A DNA stretch of 44,010 nt from Candidatus Omnitrophica bacterium CG1_02_40_15 (GCA_001871815.1 MNVP01000077.1:439-44448), one strand, 5' to 3'; positions 7,757 through 17,175 are shown, numbered from the stretch's first letter. The notes: generated by a model not told the origin, from the letters alone. Program-made: numbers and translations.

Positions 7757-9836
7757 ACCTAATAATTATTTGTGGTAATAAAGCTAGATCCGCTACATCA
7801 TTTGTGTAGAGTTTATTAATGGCCTGCATCATTGCAAGCCTATTCCCGCGGAGAGCGCTGTCTTCTGTATTCACAAGCACGTTATCGAAAAACCTATGCA
7901 AGGCCTCAAAAAACGCCTCTCCGTATGCCTTAGTAGCCTCTTTGTATCTCTCTTCCTTTATCAAATTCTTTATTGCAACGTTATTGGCTGTGTACGCCAT
8001 CCAAACCTCTTTTTCCAGATCTTCCTTAAATAATTCCTCTTTGACGTCATTTATCTGTAGGGGGCGATCATTGATCGCCCCTACAGCGCCTTTTAAAATA
8101 TTAGAAGTCCTTTCGCAAACCTTGGCTGCTTTTAAAAAATATTTCTCAGCGCTTATTTCAGATAAAGCCTCTACCCTTTTGAATACGCTTACTATATCAT
8201 TACAGCCGGATTTAAGAACCGCCTGCTTCAACTCTATAGGCCTGGTGTCAGGTGCCAGAAACTCAAGCCTTTCCTTTATATAATTAAGTACCTTTTTTTC
8301 CAATTCTTCCTGCGATATTTTAAGTTTACCTTTATATACCTCTATCGCTTTTTTAATCAGGCCGGAAAGTTCCAATCTGATGGACTTATGGTTTAAAATC
8401 TGGATCAGGCCCTGGGAATTCCTTCTGATGCCAAACGGGTCAAAACTTCCTTTTGGCTCTATCCCGCTGCCTAAAAAGCCGACTATATTATCAACCCTGT
8501 CGCTTATCGCAAGTATTGCGCCTTCTATTGTTTCAGGGAGGCTATCATCCATGCCTTTGGGAAGATAATGCTCTTTTATGGCTATTGCTACAGATTTCTT
8601 TTCTCCGCTTTTAAGGGCGTATTCCATTCCCATTACGCCCTGCAGGCTTGGAAATTCTCCCACCATTTGCGTGACAAGGTCTGATTTGCATAAATACGCC
8701 GCTCTTTTTATGTCTTCCTTATTCGCAGTGTCTATACCTATCCTTTCAGAGATAAACGACGAGAGCTCTTCCAGCCTTTGAATTTTTTCGAACATATTAC
8801 CTAAATCTTTTTGAAAAATCAAGTCTTTTAATTTAGGGGTTTGGTCTGAAAGCGGCTTCTTTATGTCCTCGTTATAGAAAAACAGGCTGTCCTTAAGCCT
8901 GGCTTCTAAAATATTAGCGTATTGCTTCTTCATCTTCGCCATACTTCTGCCTTTACCGTCAATTACAGCGATAAATTTATTGATCAATTTGTTGTTTTTG
9001 GAAAGCGTGAATACCCTCTGATGTTTGGACATGCTGGCAGCTAAAACATCCTTCGGGATCGCTAAATATTTCTTGTCGAAATCCCCTATTATTAATACCG
9101 GAGACTTGACCAGAAAATTTGTTTCCTCAAGAAGATTTTTGTCGGCATATTCATCCAGGCCGAGTTTCTTTTGGACAGCTTTAATCATATGCTCTATTTC
9201 TATTTTTCTCTTATCCTGGTCCAGCATATATGCGTTTTCAAGTTTTTTAAGATATGCGCCTGCTGACGCGCCTTTAATAAATTTGGCTGGCACGTTTCCC
9301 AGTTTAATCTTCACATTTTCCTTATCCAATAAAACCGCAATAGATTCTATCGGCCTTGCGAATCTCACGCCAGAATCATCCCATTTCATTGTCTTCGGAA
9401 AACCAATTGATTTTACAATTTCAGGCATCAGGCCTCGAAGAACCTCTTTTGCAGGCTTTGACTTTATTTTCTTAACAATAAATACATATTCGCCTTTTGG
9501 CATTTGTTTTATCTTTAAATCCTTAATATCTACTCCCTGATTCTTTGCAAAGCCTATGCCCTGAGGAGTAGGATTGCCATTTTCATCAAATGCTATTTTC
9601 TTAGGCGGGCCTATTATCTCCTGAGAAAGTTCTTTTTGTCTTAATTGCATGTCTTTTACATAACATAAAAGAGTTGCGGCTGTCCCAAACACTCTGACCT
9701 CTCCATGCTCTATGCGCTCTCTGCTAAGCTTCTCAATAAATGCTTCCTTCAATTGAGCCAAAGCAGGCCTCACATAGCTAGCCGGCAACTCTTCAACATT
9801 GATCTCTAACAAAAAATCGCTGACATTTCTCTTCAT
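7755..9836 (-). CDS. glyS: Glycine--tRNA ligase beta subunit
   Basis: 693 aa. N-terminus FLLEINVEELPASY is typical of GlyS. Sits immediately downstream of glyQ. Confidence 0.95.
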   Translation of the reverse strand: MKRNVSDFLLEINVEELPASYVRPALAQLKEAFIEKLSRERIEHGEVRVFGTAATLLCYVKDMQLRQKELSQEIIGPPKKIAFDENGNPTPQGIGFAKNQGVDIKDLKIKQMPKGEYVFIVKKIKSKPAKEVLRGLMPEIVKSIGFPKTMKWDDSGVRFARPIESIAVLLDKENVKIKLGNVPAKFIKGASAGAYLKKLENAYMLDQDKRKIEIEHMIKAVQKKLGLDEYADKNLLEETNFLVKSPVLIIGDFDKKYLAIPKDVLAASMSKHQRVFTLSKNNKLINKFIAVIDGKGRSMAKMKKQYANILEARLKDSLFFYNEDIKKPLSDQTPKLKDLIFQKDLGNMFEKIQRLEELSSFISERIGIDTANKEDIKRAAYLCKSDLVTQMVGEFPSLQGVMGMEYALKSGEKKSVAIAIKEHYLPKGMDDSLPETIEGAILAISDRVDNIVGFLGSGIEPKGSFDPFGIRRNSQGLIQILNHKSIRLELSGLIKKAIEVYKGKLKISQEELEKKVLNYIKERLEFLAPDTRPIELKQAVLKSGCNDIVSVFKRVEALSEISAEKYFLKAAKVCERTSNILKGAVGAINDRPLQINDVKEELFKEDLEKEVWMAYTANNVAIKNLIKEERYKEATKAYGEAFFEALHRFFDNVLVNTEDSALRGNRLAMMQAINKLYTNDVADLALLPQIIIR
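8057..8084. repeat. REP-like GTAGGG..CCCTAC palindrome, copy 2 (in frame inside glyS)
   Basis: gtagggggcgatcattgatcgcccctac. Translated on the minus strand as VGAINDRPL within ...LKGAVGAINDRPLQIND.... Confidence 0.8.
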
Positions 9837-9852
9837 AATCCTATTTGTCCCT

Positions 9853-9893
9853 GAACAACTTTACACTTTAACAATGTTAGTTTGTAAAGTTGC
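9853..9893. repeat. Imperfect palindrome family CAACTTTACA..AACAATGTTA, copy b
   Basis: gaacaactttacactttaaca-at-gttagtttgtaaagttgct. Spans the glyQ stop (9877-9879) and the last glyQ codons. Lies upstream of the glyS ATG. Confidence 0.6.
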
Positions 9894-10740
9894 TGGGGGC
9901 GGTTAAATAGAGTTCGGCGCAACGTTTGGCAAGGCCGCGGACCCTGGCTATATAGCGGGGCCTCTCGTTCTGGCTTATTGCGCCCCTCGCGTCCAGAACA
10001 TTGAACGCGTGAGATGCCTTCAAGACAAAGCTATACGCAGGATACACAAGGCCCAAATCTACCAATCTATTTGCCTCTTTTTCAAAATATTCAAACATCT
10101 TTGAATACATCTCTATGCTGGCTTCTTCAAAATTATACTTTGAATATTCTATCTCATGCTGCTTGTGAATATCTCCGTAAGTAACGCCATTATGCCATTC
10201 CAGGTCAAACAAATTAAATCTTTCCTGGATAAACATGCATATACGCTCAAGGCCATATGTAATTTCGCACGGCACAAGATCCAGTTCTATGCCTGCCACC
10301 TGCTGGAAATATGTAAACTGTGTAATCTCTAAGCTGTCCAGCCATACTTCCCAGCCAAGGCCTGACGCCCCCAGAGTAGGAGATTCCCAGTCATCTTCCA
10401 CAAACCTCGCTTCGTGGGCTTTCAAATCTATGCCGAGCGCCTTAAGGCTATCAAGATAAATCTTTCTTATATCAGGCGCTGTTGGTTTTATGATCACCTG
10501 ATACTGGTAATAATGCTGAAGCCTGAGAGGATTATCCGCATATCTTCCGTCACAAGGCCGCCTTGAAGGCTGGATATAAGCCGCGCGCCATTTCTCTTTT
10601 CCAAGCGATTTAAAAAATGTGGCTGGATGAAAAGTGCCTGCGCCAACCTCTATATCAAGCGGCGCTACGATAAGGCATCCTTTGTCAGACCAGAACTTGT
10701 TCAACTTCTCAACGACTTCCTGAAACGATAGCTTTCTCAT
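9877..10740 (-). CDS. glyQ: Glycine--tRNA ligase alpha subunit
   Basis: 287 aa. [17 protein letters not shown]...[15 protein letters not shown]...[10 protein letters not shown] are highly conserved GlyQ blocks. Confidence 0.96.
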   Translation of the reverse strand: MRKLSFQEVVEKLNKFWSDKGCLIVAPLDIEVGAGTFHPATFFKSLGKEKWRAAYIQPSRRPCDGRYADNPLRLQHYYQYQVIIKPTAPDIRKIYLDSLKALGIDLKAHEARFVEDDWESPTLGASGLGWEVWLDSLEITQFTYFQQVAGIELDLVPCEITYGLERICMFIQERFNLFDLEWHNGVTYGDIHKQHEIEYSKYNFEEASIEMYSKMFEYFEKEANRLVDLGLVYPAYSFVLKASHAFNVLDARGAISQNERPRYIARVRGLAKRCAELYLTAPSNFTN

Positions 10741-10743
10741 CTT

Positions 10744-10814
10744 TTAGCGTTTAGCGTATAGCGTTTAGCGTATAGTTTTTGTATCCGCTATACGCTCTAC
10801 GCTATGCGCTAAGC
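10744..10814. repeat. Heptamer-periodic hairpin, AGCG type
   Basis: agcgttt agcgtat agcgttt agcgtat agttttt gtatcc gctatac gctctac gctatgc gctaagc. About 27 bp of imperfect stem. Fills the recO-glyQ spacer. Confidence 0.75.
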
Positions 10815-10824
10815 TTTAGTTTTT

Positions 10825-11469
10825 TTAATTATTATTTAAAAACCTAACCGTTTTTAATGGCCTGTCCAAATTCTCTTCTATTATTTTAGCCGTGATCCCC
10901 TTTATCTCGCTATCCACATCTTTTGTTAATTTCATATTAGAAGCGGCCTTCCAAGATTCTTTTTCAAGATGCATTACGCTGGACATTGCGCCTTTTGTGA
11001 GTTTGAAATACCCAGCGCCAGGCCAAAAGCCCAGAGCCATCAATAATTTTATTTCAAAAAATCTGGTTATGCTTTTAGCCTCTTTGCCGCTATCCAGAGA
11101 CTTGAAACTATTATAGAGGTTCTCGAATACCTCTTCTGATTTTCCTTCAGGCTCAGTAAACACATCCGTCAGTTCCAGCATGTAATAGGCTGACGAAGCC
11201 CTGCCCCATTCCTTGAGTATATTAAGGAATACCTCCTGCGCCTCGCACTGCGATATTATAGAAACGCCTCCGGTTCTTTTTTCGTAAAAAACTATCTGGT
11301 CCAGGCTGAAAAATATAGGGTTTGCGTCGCTCCTCGGCCTCGAACCCCTGGCGCCTTTTATGATGCCGTTTATTTTTCCGAATCCTTTTGTAAAAAAAGT
11401 CAGGATAAGGCTAGTTTCCCTGAAATCCTTCTTTCTTAAAAGTATCGCTTCTGTTTTCTGTATTGCCAT
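10825..11469 (-). CDS. recO: DNA repair protein RecO
   Basis: 214 aa. N-terminal OB-fold signature TEAILLRKKDFRETSLILTFFTKGFGKINGIIKGARG. Size fits RecO. Confidence 0.85.
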   Translation of the reverse strand: MAIQKTEAILLRKKDFRETSLILTFFTKGFGKINGIIKGARGSRPRSDANPIFFSLDQIVFYEKRTGGVSIISQCEAQEVFLNILKEWGRASSAYYMLELTDVFTEPEGKSEEVFENLYNSFKSLDSGKEAKSITRFFEIKLLMALGFWPGAGYFKLTKGAMSSVMHLEKESWKAASNMKLTKDVDSEIKGITAKIIEENLDRPLKTVRFLNNN

Positions 11470-12091
11470 GATCGGCTTTTGGCGGCGTAACCATCCCGCC
11501 TGAAATAATCATTTTCATGCCGTCTGCCACAGACATATCCAGATAAATTATATCTTCCTGCGGCACAAGCACCAGCATGCCTGAAGTAGGATTCGGCGTA
11601 GTGGGCACAAAAACATTTATGACGTTTTCTTTTGTCTTTTCCTGCGCCTCGCCCCTAGCTTCTGAAGTAATAAATCCTATAGCATAAACCCCATTCTTAG
11701 GATATTGCACTAAAACAACTTTTTTAAAAATAGATTCCTGATTAGATAAAAAAGCGGCTGACATCTCTTTCAGGCCTTTGTAAATAGTGCTGATCATCGG
11801 AACCTTATACAAAACATTTTCCCCGAAACCAAATATATTCCTAAACAGTATAATCTTTGCGGCAAACCCGGTCAGCGTCAGAAGCGCCAGTAAAATAAAA
11901 AATATCGCGAGTTTCGTAAAAAATTCTACAGATGCCCTATCCGGCAGCCATATCTGAAATATTTTCATTATAGGCTCTAATAATAAAAGATTAAGCCTGC
12001 TTATAATGAAATATAACACCCAAAAGGTTAGCGCTACAGGTATTATTATCAACAACCCTGTAAAAAAATTAGACCTGATTTTATGCCGCAT
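11411..12091 (-). CDS. DUF502-family membrane protein
   Basis: MRHKIRSNFFTGLLIIIPVALTFWVL... followed by a second TM segment and a conserved C-terminal half (YPKNGVYAIGFIT...VFVPTTPNPTSG). ATG 12091 chosen. The track start at 12148 is a TTG lying inside the 12111-12157 inverted repeat. Overlaps the recO start by 59 nt. Confidence 0.7.
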   Translation of the reverse strand: MRHKIRSNFFTGLLIIIPVALTFWVLYFIISRLNLLLLEPIMKIFQIWLPDRASVEFFTKLAIFFILLALLTLTGFAAKIILFRNIFGFGENVLYKVPMISTIYKGLKEMSAAFLSNQESIFKKVVLVQYPKNGVYAIGFITSEARGEAQEKTKENVINVFVPTTPNPTSGMLVLVPQEDIIYLDMSVADGMKMIISGGMVTPPKADHGNTENRSDTFKKEGFQGN

Positions 12092-12110
12092 AGACTGATT
12101 CCTTAACCAT

Positions 12111-12157
12111 CCCGCCCTTTTGATAATCACGCTTAAATATATTTTCAAAAGGGCGGG
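12111..12157. repeat. CCCGCCCTTTTGA / TCAAAAGGGCGGG inverted repeat
   Basis: Perfect 13-nt arms (12111-12123 and 12145-12157) with a 21-nt loop, directly after the TGA of the DgkA-PAP2 gene. Related CCCGCC..GGCGGG hairpins occur at 15047-15074 and 35202-35250. Confidence 0.75.
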
Positions 12158-12158
12158 G

Positions 12159-12863
12159 TCAACGGTGATTATACATCTGAAAAATAAACACTGTCACTAT
12201 AACTCCGACCAAAGCGCCTATAAAAACTTCCATAAGATTATGGACATTGGCGCTTATCCTGCTTCTGGCTACAAGAAGCGCCAGCACGAACACGAGGAAT
12301 ATAACCAAGCTGCTCGGATAAAGAAGCGAGATTATGGCCCATATCGAAAAGGCTATCGCGGCGTGGCCGCTCGGCATGCCTCCTCTTAAAGGAGTGCCCT
12401 TTTGCAAAATAAGTTTGCTCAAAACCACTATAACAAGAATAATAATCAATATTATTAATGTTATATTCCAGCTGGATCCCCTTATTTTTGCAATATTATC
12501 TTCTATCCTGATCCCCGCCCTGCTGGCAAATAAAATATAACCGACTACTGCGGCAGTTATTGCGCTTAATAAAACTGCTCCCGCGCCTATATCCTTCACT
12601 ATCCTCGCGAGAGGATGGTATTCCTGGCTCACCATATCCACTGTGTACTCAACAGCTGTATTAAACATTTCCGAAAAAAGGACAAATGCTATTATAATGC
12701 ACAGCGCAATTAATTCCATATAAGTGAAATTCAGGAGTATGCCCAGAAAGATGGCGAAGAGCCCCATTAAAAAATGAAGCCTCATGTTGCGCTGGCTCTT
12801 AAAAACATACACAAAACCTTCTATGGCTGCATTAAAACTTTCTACTAAACTCTGCTGTTTCAT
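12159..12863 (-). CDS. Diacylglycerol/undecaprenol kinase (DgkA) fused to a PAP2 lipid phosphatase
   Basis: The N-terminal half, SFNAAIEGFVYVFKSQRNMRLHF...SEMFNTAVEYTVD, is prokaryotic DgkA-like. The C-terminal half carries PAP2 motifs PSGHAA and SR(x5)H(x3)E (ARSRISANVHNLMEV). ATG 12863 chosen; the track start at 12899 is a GTG inside a REP-like palindrome. Confidence 0.75.
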   Translation of the reverse strand: MKQQSLVESFNAAIEGFVYVFKSQRNMRLHFLMGLFAIFLGILLNFTYMELIALCIIIAFVLFSEMFNTAVEYTVDMVSQEYHPLARIVKDIGAGAVLLSAITAAVVGYILFASRAGIRIEDNIAKIRGSSWNITLIILIIILVIVVLSKLILQKGTPLRGGMPSGHAAIAFSIWAIISLLYPSSLVIFLVFVLALLVARSRISANVHNLMEVFIGALVGVIVTVFIFQMYNHR

Positions 12864-12886
12864 AAAATGTGGTTTATGGCGCTTCG

Positions 12887-12915
12887 GTAGGGACAGCACA
12901 ATGTGCTGTCCCTAC
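12887..12915. repeat. REP-like GTAGGG..CCCTAC palindrome, copy 3 (intergenic)
   Basis: gtagggacagcaca-a-tgtgctgtccctac, perfect 14-nt arms. Confidence 0.85.
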
Positions 12916-12921
12916 AAAAAC

Positions 12922-13356
12922 TTATTCTAGGCCTTTAAGTAATTTTAATATTTCCTGTTCTTTCGCTTTCATCTTTTTTCTCGCCCTTGGCTTTTCGTCG
13001 CCATAACCTAATAAATGCAGGATGCCATGCACAAAGTAAAGGTTAAATTCCTCTTGAAAATTCTTTTTTCGCTTCTTGGCTTCCCTCTTAGCTGTTTCCA
13101 CGGATATCACTACATCTCCAAGTATAGAACCTGAAAGCCTTCTGGAGTCGCGCATGGGAAATGCCAGGACATCCGTAGCAAAATCCTTTTGCCTATATTT
13201 CCAATTCAGGTTCCTGATATACATGTCATTTACAAGAACCAGGCTCAACTCAGCGTCATCCTCAGCCATTGCTTTCAATGCATGCCTCGCACACTCTATT
13301 ATTTTATTTTTATCAATCTTTTCTATATTCTGTAAATTCTGTATGTCTATTTTCAT
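12922..13356 (-). CDS. ybeY: Endoribonuclease YbeY (rRNA maturation)
   Basis: 144 aa. Zinc motif HGILHLLGYGDE (H-x3-H-x5-H context). Sits in a PgpH-like/ybeY/dgkA neighbourhood. Confidence 0.9.
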   Translation of the reverse strand: MKIDIQNLQNIEKIDKNKIIECARHALKAMAEDDAELSLVLVNDMYIRNLNWKYRQKDFATDVLAFPMRDSRRLSGSILGDVVISVETAKREAKKRKKNFQEEFNLYFVHGILHLLGYGDEKPRARKKMKAKEQEILKLLKGLE

Positions 13357-13360
13357 ATAA

Positions 13361-13420
13361 CAGCTGTAAGCTTTAAGTTATAAGTTTTAAGCTTAAAGCT
13401 TATGGCTTATAACTTAAAAC
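13361..13420. repeat. Heptamer-periodic hairpin, AGCT type, copy a
   Basis: c agctgta agcttta agttata agtttta agcttaa agcttat ggcttat aacttaa aac. Fills the spacer between the PgpH-like gene and ybeY. Confidence 0.75.
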
Positions 13421-13428
13421 TAAATTTT

Positions 13429-15030
13429 TTATTTCTTTTTTCCTGTATCCTCGGGGTACTCGACACGGCTATGATAAGTACCAGTAAGGATATGCGTAAA
13501 AACCTCTGCTATTCTTTCGAGATCTTTAAGGGTTAATTCGCATTCGTCCAGTTGAGCGTCTATAAATTTATTATTTATAACTTTCTTCACAAGGCCTTGT
13601 ATACTAGAAAGCGTTGGATCATCGAGCGCGCGCGAAGCAGCCTCCACTGAATCAGCCAGAAGCACGCACGCAGCCTCCTTTGTCTGAGGCCTTGGGCCAG
13701 GGTATCTGAAACCCTCTTCGAACACTTCCTCATCCTCTGTCTTTTCAAGCGCCCTTTTAAAGAAATAAAAAACAAGGCCTGTGCCGTGATGCTGCCTTAT
13801 TATATCCACTATCTTTTTATTTAAACCATACCGCTCGGCCAGCTCAACGCCGTTTTTAACATGGTTGGTGATTATAAGGCTGCTCATTGTCGGAGAAAGT
13901 TTGTCGTGCATTGATCCGCCAGTCTGATTTTCGCTGAAATACTCTGCCTTCTCAATCTTTCCTATGTCATGAAAATATGCGCTCACGCGAGCCAGAAGAG
14001 CGTTTGCGCCTATTGTCTCGCACGCCGTCTCTGCAAGGTTCCCGACCACAAGGCTGTGATGATATGTGCCAGGCGCTTTTATAACCATTTCCTTTAAAAT
14101 AGGATGATTTAAATCAGCTATTTCCAGAAGGCTTATATTTGTGATTGTTTTAGATGCTATTTCAAAAATAGGCAAAACTCCTGTGACTATTATTGCTGAC
14201 ATCACTCCGTTGGCAAGCCCTATAAACGCCTCAATTATATAGGTGTGAAAATCCAATGAATTTATAAGGCCTATCCCTATAAAATATGCCATGTTGGCAA
14301 GCCCTACTACAAATCCTGCTGTTATAAGCTGCGATCTTCTTCTCGCATCTCTAACTGCAAAAATCCCAACCATTCCGCCCACAACAGATGCTGCCGCTAT
14401 ATCCAGCCTGCCTCCTGAAATCATGCCTATAATTATGCTTAAAAAACACGTGGTTATTATCGCCAGCCTGTTATTCAACAATAGCGCTATAAGCATTGAA
14501 GCAGCTGACGCAGGGATCAGACTGCTGGGCCAGGGAGATATTACAATAAACTTTGCCGCAATAGTCATAAGAATGCATATTGAAGCCAGAAGTATGAGTT
14601 CTTTATTGCCCACTATCAAATCAGGCTCATAGAATTCAATATAAATGACAAGGAGCAGCATGAATAAGGCTATTATTAAAGCAATGCCGAAAAATGCCAC
14701 TACTTTAAGCGGATACGGCTCGCGCTGTTCAATTGCTTCAAGTTTTGCCATGTGGCCTTTTGATACGCGCTCTCCTTTATTAAGTATCAACTCATTCTTC
14801 TTAACCTCTATTATATTATTTATGCCGTCCTTTATTTTAAAATCAAAAGGCGCGTATATTGATTTAAGCACTATGTCGCCTTCGTGGAATTCTGTCTTAA
14901 AGAGGCTGGTATCCCATTCCGCTGCTGCCACCATGATCAAACACGTAACAATAGCTATAAAAATATGGGGTATCTTATTATGAACTTCGTTAATCCTCTG
15001 CTTTTTATTTAGAGTTTTTTTCAGATGCAT
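13429..15030 (-). CDS. 7TM-HD membrane phosphohydrolase (PgpH/YqfF-like)
   Basis: Multi-TM central region followed by an HD domain (HSLVVGNLA...FHDIGK...HH). ATG 15030 is preceded by AAGGTGA. The track start at 15057 is a GTG inside the 15047-15074 hairpin. Confidence 0.82.
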   Translation of the reverse strand: MHLKKTLNKKQRINEVHNKIPHIFIAIVTCLIMVAAAEWDTSLFKTEFHEGDIVLKSIYAPFDFKIKDGINNIIEVKKNELILNKGERVSKGHMAKLEAIEQREPYPLKVVAFFGIALIIALFMLLLVIYIEFYEPDLIVGNKELILLASICILMTIAAKFIVISPWPSSLIPASAASMLIALLLNNRLAIITTCFLSIIIGMISGGRLDIAAASVVGGMVGIFAVRDARRRSQLITAGFVVGLANMAYFIGIGLINSLDFHTYIIEAFIGLANGVMSAIIVTGVLPIFEIASKTITNISLLEIADLNHPILKEMVIKAPGTYHHSLVVGNLAETACETIGANALLARVSAYFHDIGKIEKAEYFSENQTGGSMHDKLSPTMSSLIITNHVKNGVELAERYGLNKKIVDIIRQHHGTGLVFYFFKRALEKTEDEEVFEEGFRYPGPRPQTKEAACVLLADSVEAASRALDDPTLSSIQGLVKKVINNKFIDAQLDECELTLKDLERIAEVFTHILTGTYHSRVEYPEDTGKKK

Positions 15031-15046
15031 AGTCACCTTTGAATTT

Positions 15047-15074
15047 ACACCCGCCACAGAACTTTGGCGGGTGT
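15047..15074. other. GC-rich hairpin downstream of LysM gene
   Basis: acacccgcc-acagaacttt-ggcgggtgt, 9-bp stem. No U-tract on the minus strand. Confidence 0.5.
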
Positions 15075-15096
15075 AAATTAGCTAAGGAATTTATGA

Positions 15097-15717
15097 TCAC
15101 TCTTTTGGTATCGCCAATTTCTGGCCTGGCCTTATCCTGTCAGGGCTCTTGAGAACATGCTTATTTGCGTCGTATATGCTCTTCCATTTCTGAGTAGTTC
15201 CAAAAAACTTTTCAGATATCTTTTGAAGCGTGTCGCCTTTTTGAACAACATAATATTGCTTCTCGTTTCCGTTGCCGGAAGACAAAGCCTCGGTTCCTAT
15301 ATTACTGGAAGGCTCGCTATAAACTATCTGCGGCATTCTCACAGAGCCTGATCCGCTGCTAATCCTTGCAGTGGAAACCTGTTCTTTTCCGCTTCTAGAC
15401 ACATAAATCTCTTTCTCGGGAACCATACTTCCCTGCATATACCCTCTATTTCCATACAGATCTTTGTCTTTATTTTTAGTTTTTTCTTCTGTTGACGCCC
15501 TATAAGCTGAAGGGACCTCTACCTCTACATTATAAATTGTCCTTGTCTTTCTTGCCTGCTCTCTGTCTTCAATTGCAGGAGGGGCCCCCATAATAACGCC
15601 TCTGTTGCCGTATATCTCCTGATCAACCCTGTCCATTTCAGTAGTATAAGTTCTGACTACACAGCCGGACGCAAAAAACATAACTAACAATAAACAACAA
15701 ATTATAAGCTTATTCAT
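15097..15717 (-). CDS. LysM-domain lipoprotein
   Basis: MNKLIICCLLLVMFFASG/C lipobox. C-terminal LysM: YYVVQKGDTLQKISEKFFGTTQKWKSIYDANKHVLKSPDRIRPGQKLAIP. ATG 15717 avoids overlap with aspS. Confidence 0.78.
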   Translation of the reverse strand: MNKLIICCLLLVMFFASGCVVRTYTTEMDRVDQEIYGNRGVIMGAPPAIEDREQARKTRTIYNVEVEVPSAYRASTEEKTKNKDKDLYGNRGYMQGSMVPEKEIYVSRSGKEQVSTARISSGSGSVRMPQIVYSEPSSNIGTEALSSGNGNEKQYYVVQKGDTLQKISEKFFGTTQKWKSIYDANKHVLKSPDRIRPGQKLAIPKE

Positions 15718-15720
15718 AAA

Positions 15721-15761
15721 CCCTCCCAAATTTTGTGAAACAAAATTTGATCCCGAGCAGC
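15721..15761 (-). promoter_or_regulatory. Conserved SD-adjacent leader hairpin (shared with gap)
   Basis: Minus strand: GCTGCTCGGGATCAAATTTTG-TTTCA-CAAAATTTGGGAGGG then TTT ATG. CAAATTTTG and CAAAATTTG are exact complements. The 3' arm abuts the SD. Confidence 0.5.
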
Positions 15762-15763
15762 CA

Positions 15764-17152
15764 TTATTTTTCATCGGACTGCGAGGGACCTTTATTTTTT
15801 ATCATTATCCCAAGTTCCTTCAACTGTTTCTCATCTACTGACGATGGCGCTCCTGTCAATGGGCAAACTGCCTTTTGTGTTTTTGGAAAAGCTATCACGT
15901 CTCTTATCGTATCTGTGCCTGCCATCAATGCTATGAGCCTATCCAAGCCAAGCGCAATGCCTCCGTGCGGAGGCGCGCCATATTCAAACGCCTCCAGTAA
16001 AAATCCAAAACGCTCTTTTGCCTCGTCTATGCTCAGGCCTATGCGGTTGAATATCTTTTCCTGCAAATCTCTTTTGTGAATCCTTATACTGCCCGAGGCT
16101 ATTTCAACGCCGTTTATAACAAGGTCGTAAGCCCTGGATCTGACCTTAGCAGGATCTTTTTCTATTAGATCAATATCTTCCAGCAAAGGATAAGTAAAAG
16201 GGTGATGCTCCATATCCCATTTTTTCTCTTCTTTGCTATATTTAAATAATGGAAAACTCGTGACCCATAAGAACTGAAACCCGATCTTATGTTCTCTTAT
16301 ATCAGGTTTATCTGAATTGTATTTTCCCATTGCTTCTTTATAGGACATCCTTGGAAACGGGATCTTTAGCTCCAGGCCTATGGATTCCTTGAATACATAT
16401 TTAAGCAGACGCTCTATTGTTCCAAATATCTCTTCTTCATCTGTAAAAGAAAGCTCCATATCAAGCTGGGTAAATTCAGGCTGCCTGTCTGAGCGCAAGT
16501 CTTCATCCCTGAAACACTTGGCTATCTGAAAATATTTCTCCAGCCCTGAAACCATTAATAGTTGCTTGAATAACTGCGGGGATTGCGGAAGCGCAAAAAA
16601 TTTTCCATTATTCAGCCTGGATGGAACCAGAAAATCCCTGGCTCCCTCAGGGGTGGATTTTGTAAGCACAGGCGTTTCCACTTCTACAAAGCCTTTTTTA
16701 TCCAAAAAATCCCTTATTGATTTTATTATCCTATGCCGCAAAATGAGTTTCTTTTGGACTTCAGGCCTTCTCAAATCAATATACCTGTATCTAAGCCTTA
16801 CATCTTCTGAAATTTCATTCACGTTGTCTAGTTCAAAAGGGGGTGTTAAGGATGGGTTTATTATTTCCAGTTCAGCAGCGCTGAGTTCAATCTGGCCTGT
16901 GGGGATATCCGAATTTTCTGTGCCTTTTGGCCTTTGCTGCACAATACCTCTTACTGCTATAACATATTCGCTGCGAAGCTCTTCAGCTTCTTTCATTTTG
17001 AAAAATACTACCTGCGTTATGCCATATCTATCGCGTATATCTATAAAAACTAATTTGCCGTGATCCCGCCTTTTATGCACCCAGCCCATAAGCGCCGCTT
17101 TCTTGCCTATATCCCCGATTGTCAATTCTCCGCATGTGTGCGTCCGTTTCAT
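15764..17152 (-). CDS. aspS: Aspartate--tRNA ligase, bacterial-type but lacking the GAD insertion domain
   Basis: 462 aa. N-terminal OB domain THTCGELTIGDIGKKAALMGWVHKRRDHGKLVFIDIRD. Motif 2 FRDEDLRSDRQPEFTQLDMELSF. SDKPDIR is followed after only 7 residues by FLWVTSFPLF...HHPFT. Motif 3 GGIALGLDRL. Confidence 0.9.
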   Translation of the reverse strand: MKRTHTCGELTIGDIGKKAALMGWVHKRRDHGKLVFIDIRDRYGITQVVFFKMKEAEELRSEYVIAVRGIVQQRPKGTENSDIPTGQIELSAAELEIINPSLTPPFELDNVNEISEDVRLRYRYIDLRRPEVQKKLILRHRIIKSIRDFLDKKGFVEVETPVLTKSTPEGARDFLVPSRLNNGKFFALPQSPQLFKQLLMVSGLEKYFQIAKCFRDEDLRSDRQPEFTQLDMELSFTDEEEIFGTIERLLKYVFKESIGLELKIPFPRMSYKEAMGKYNSDKPDIREHKIGFQFLWVTSFPLFKYSKEEKKWDMEHHPFTYPLLEDIDLIEKDPAKVRSRAYDLVINGVEIASGSIRIHKRDLQEKIFNRIGLSIDEAKERFGFLLEAFEYGAPPHGGIALGLDRLIALMAGTDTIRDVIAFPKTQKAVCPLTGAPSSVDEKQLKELGIMIKNKGPSQSDEK

Positions 17153-17175
17153 TTGCTTATCCTCTTTTGCAATTA

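Noticed and set aside
11411-11469. The 59-nt overlap between the DUF502 gene end and the recO start as evidence of a frameshift or mis-called start.
   Set aside because: The RecO N-terminus from ATG 11469 (MAIQKTEAILLRKKDFRETS...) matches the conserved RecO OB-fold start. The DUF502 tail is low-complexity, so a genuine overlap is the simplest reading. I cannot exclude a shorter DUF502 product.
15047-15074. The GC-rich hairpins at 1570-1611, 12111-12157 and 15047-15074 as rho-independent terminators.
   Set aside because: None is followed by a U-tract on the minus (sense) strand. Only 19035-19070 meets the stem plus U-tract criterion.
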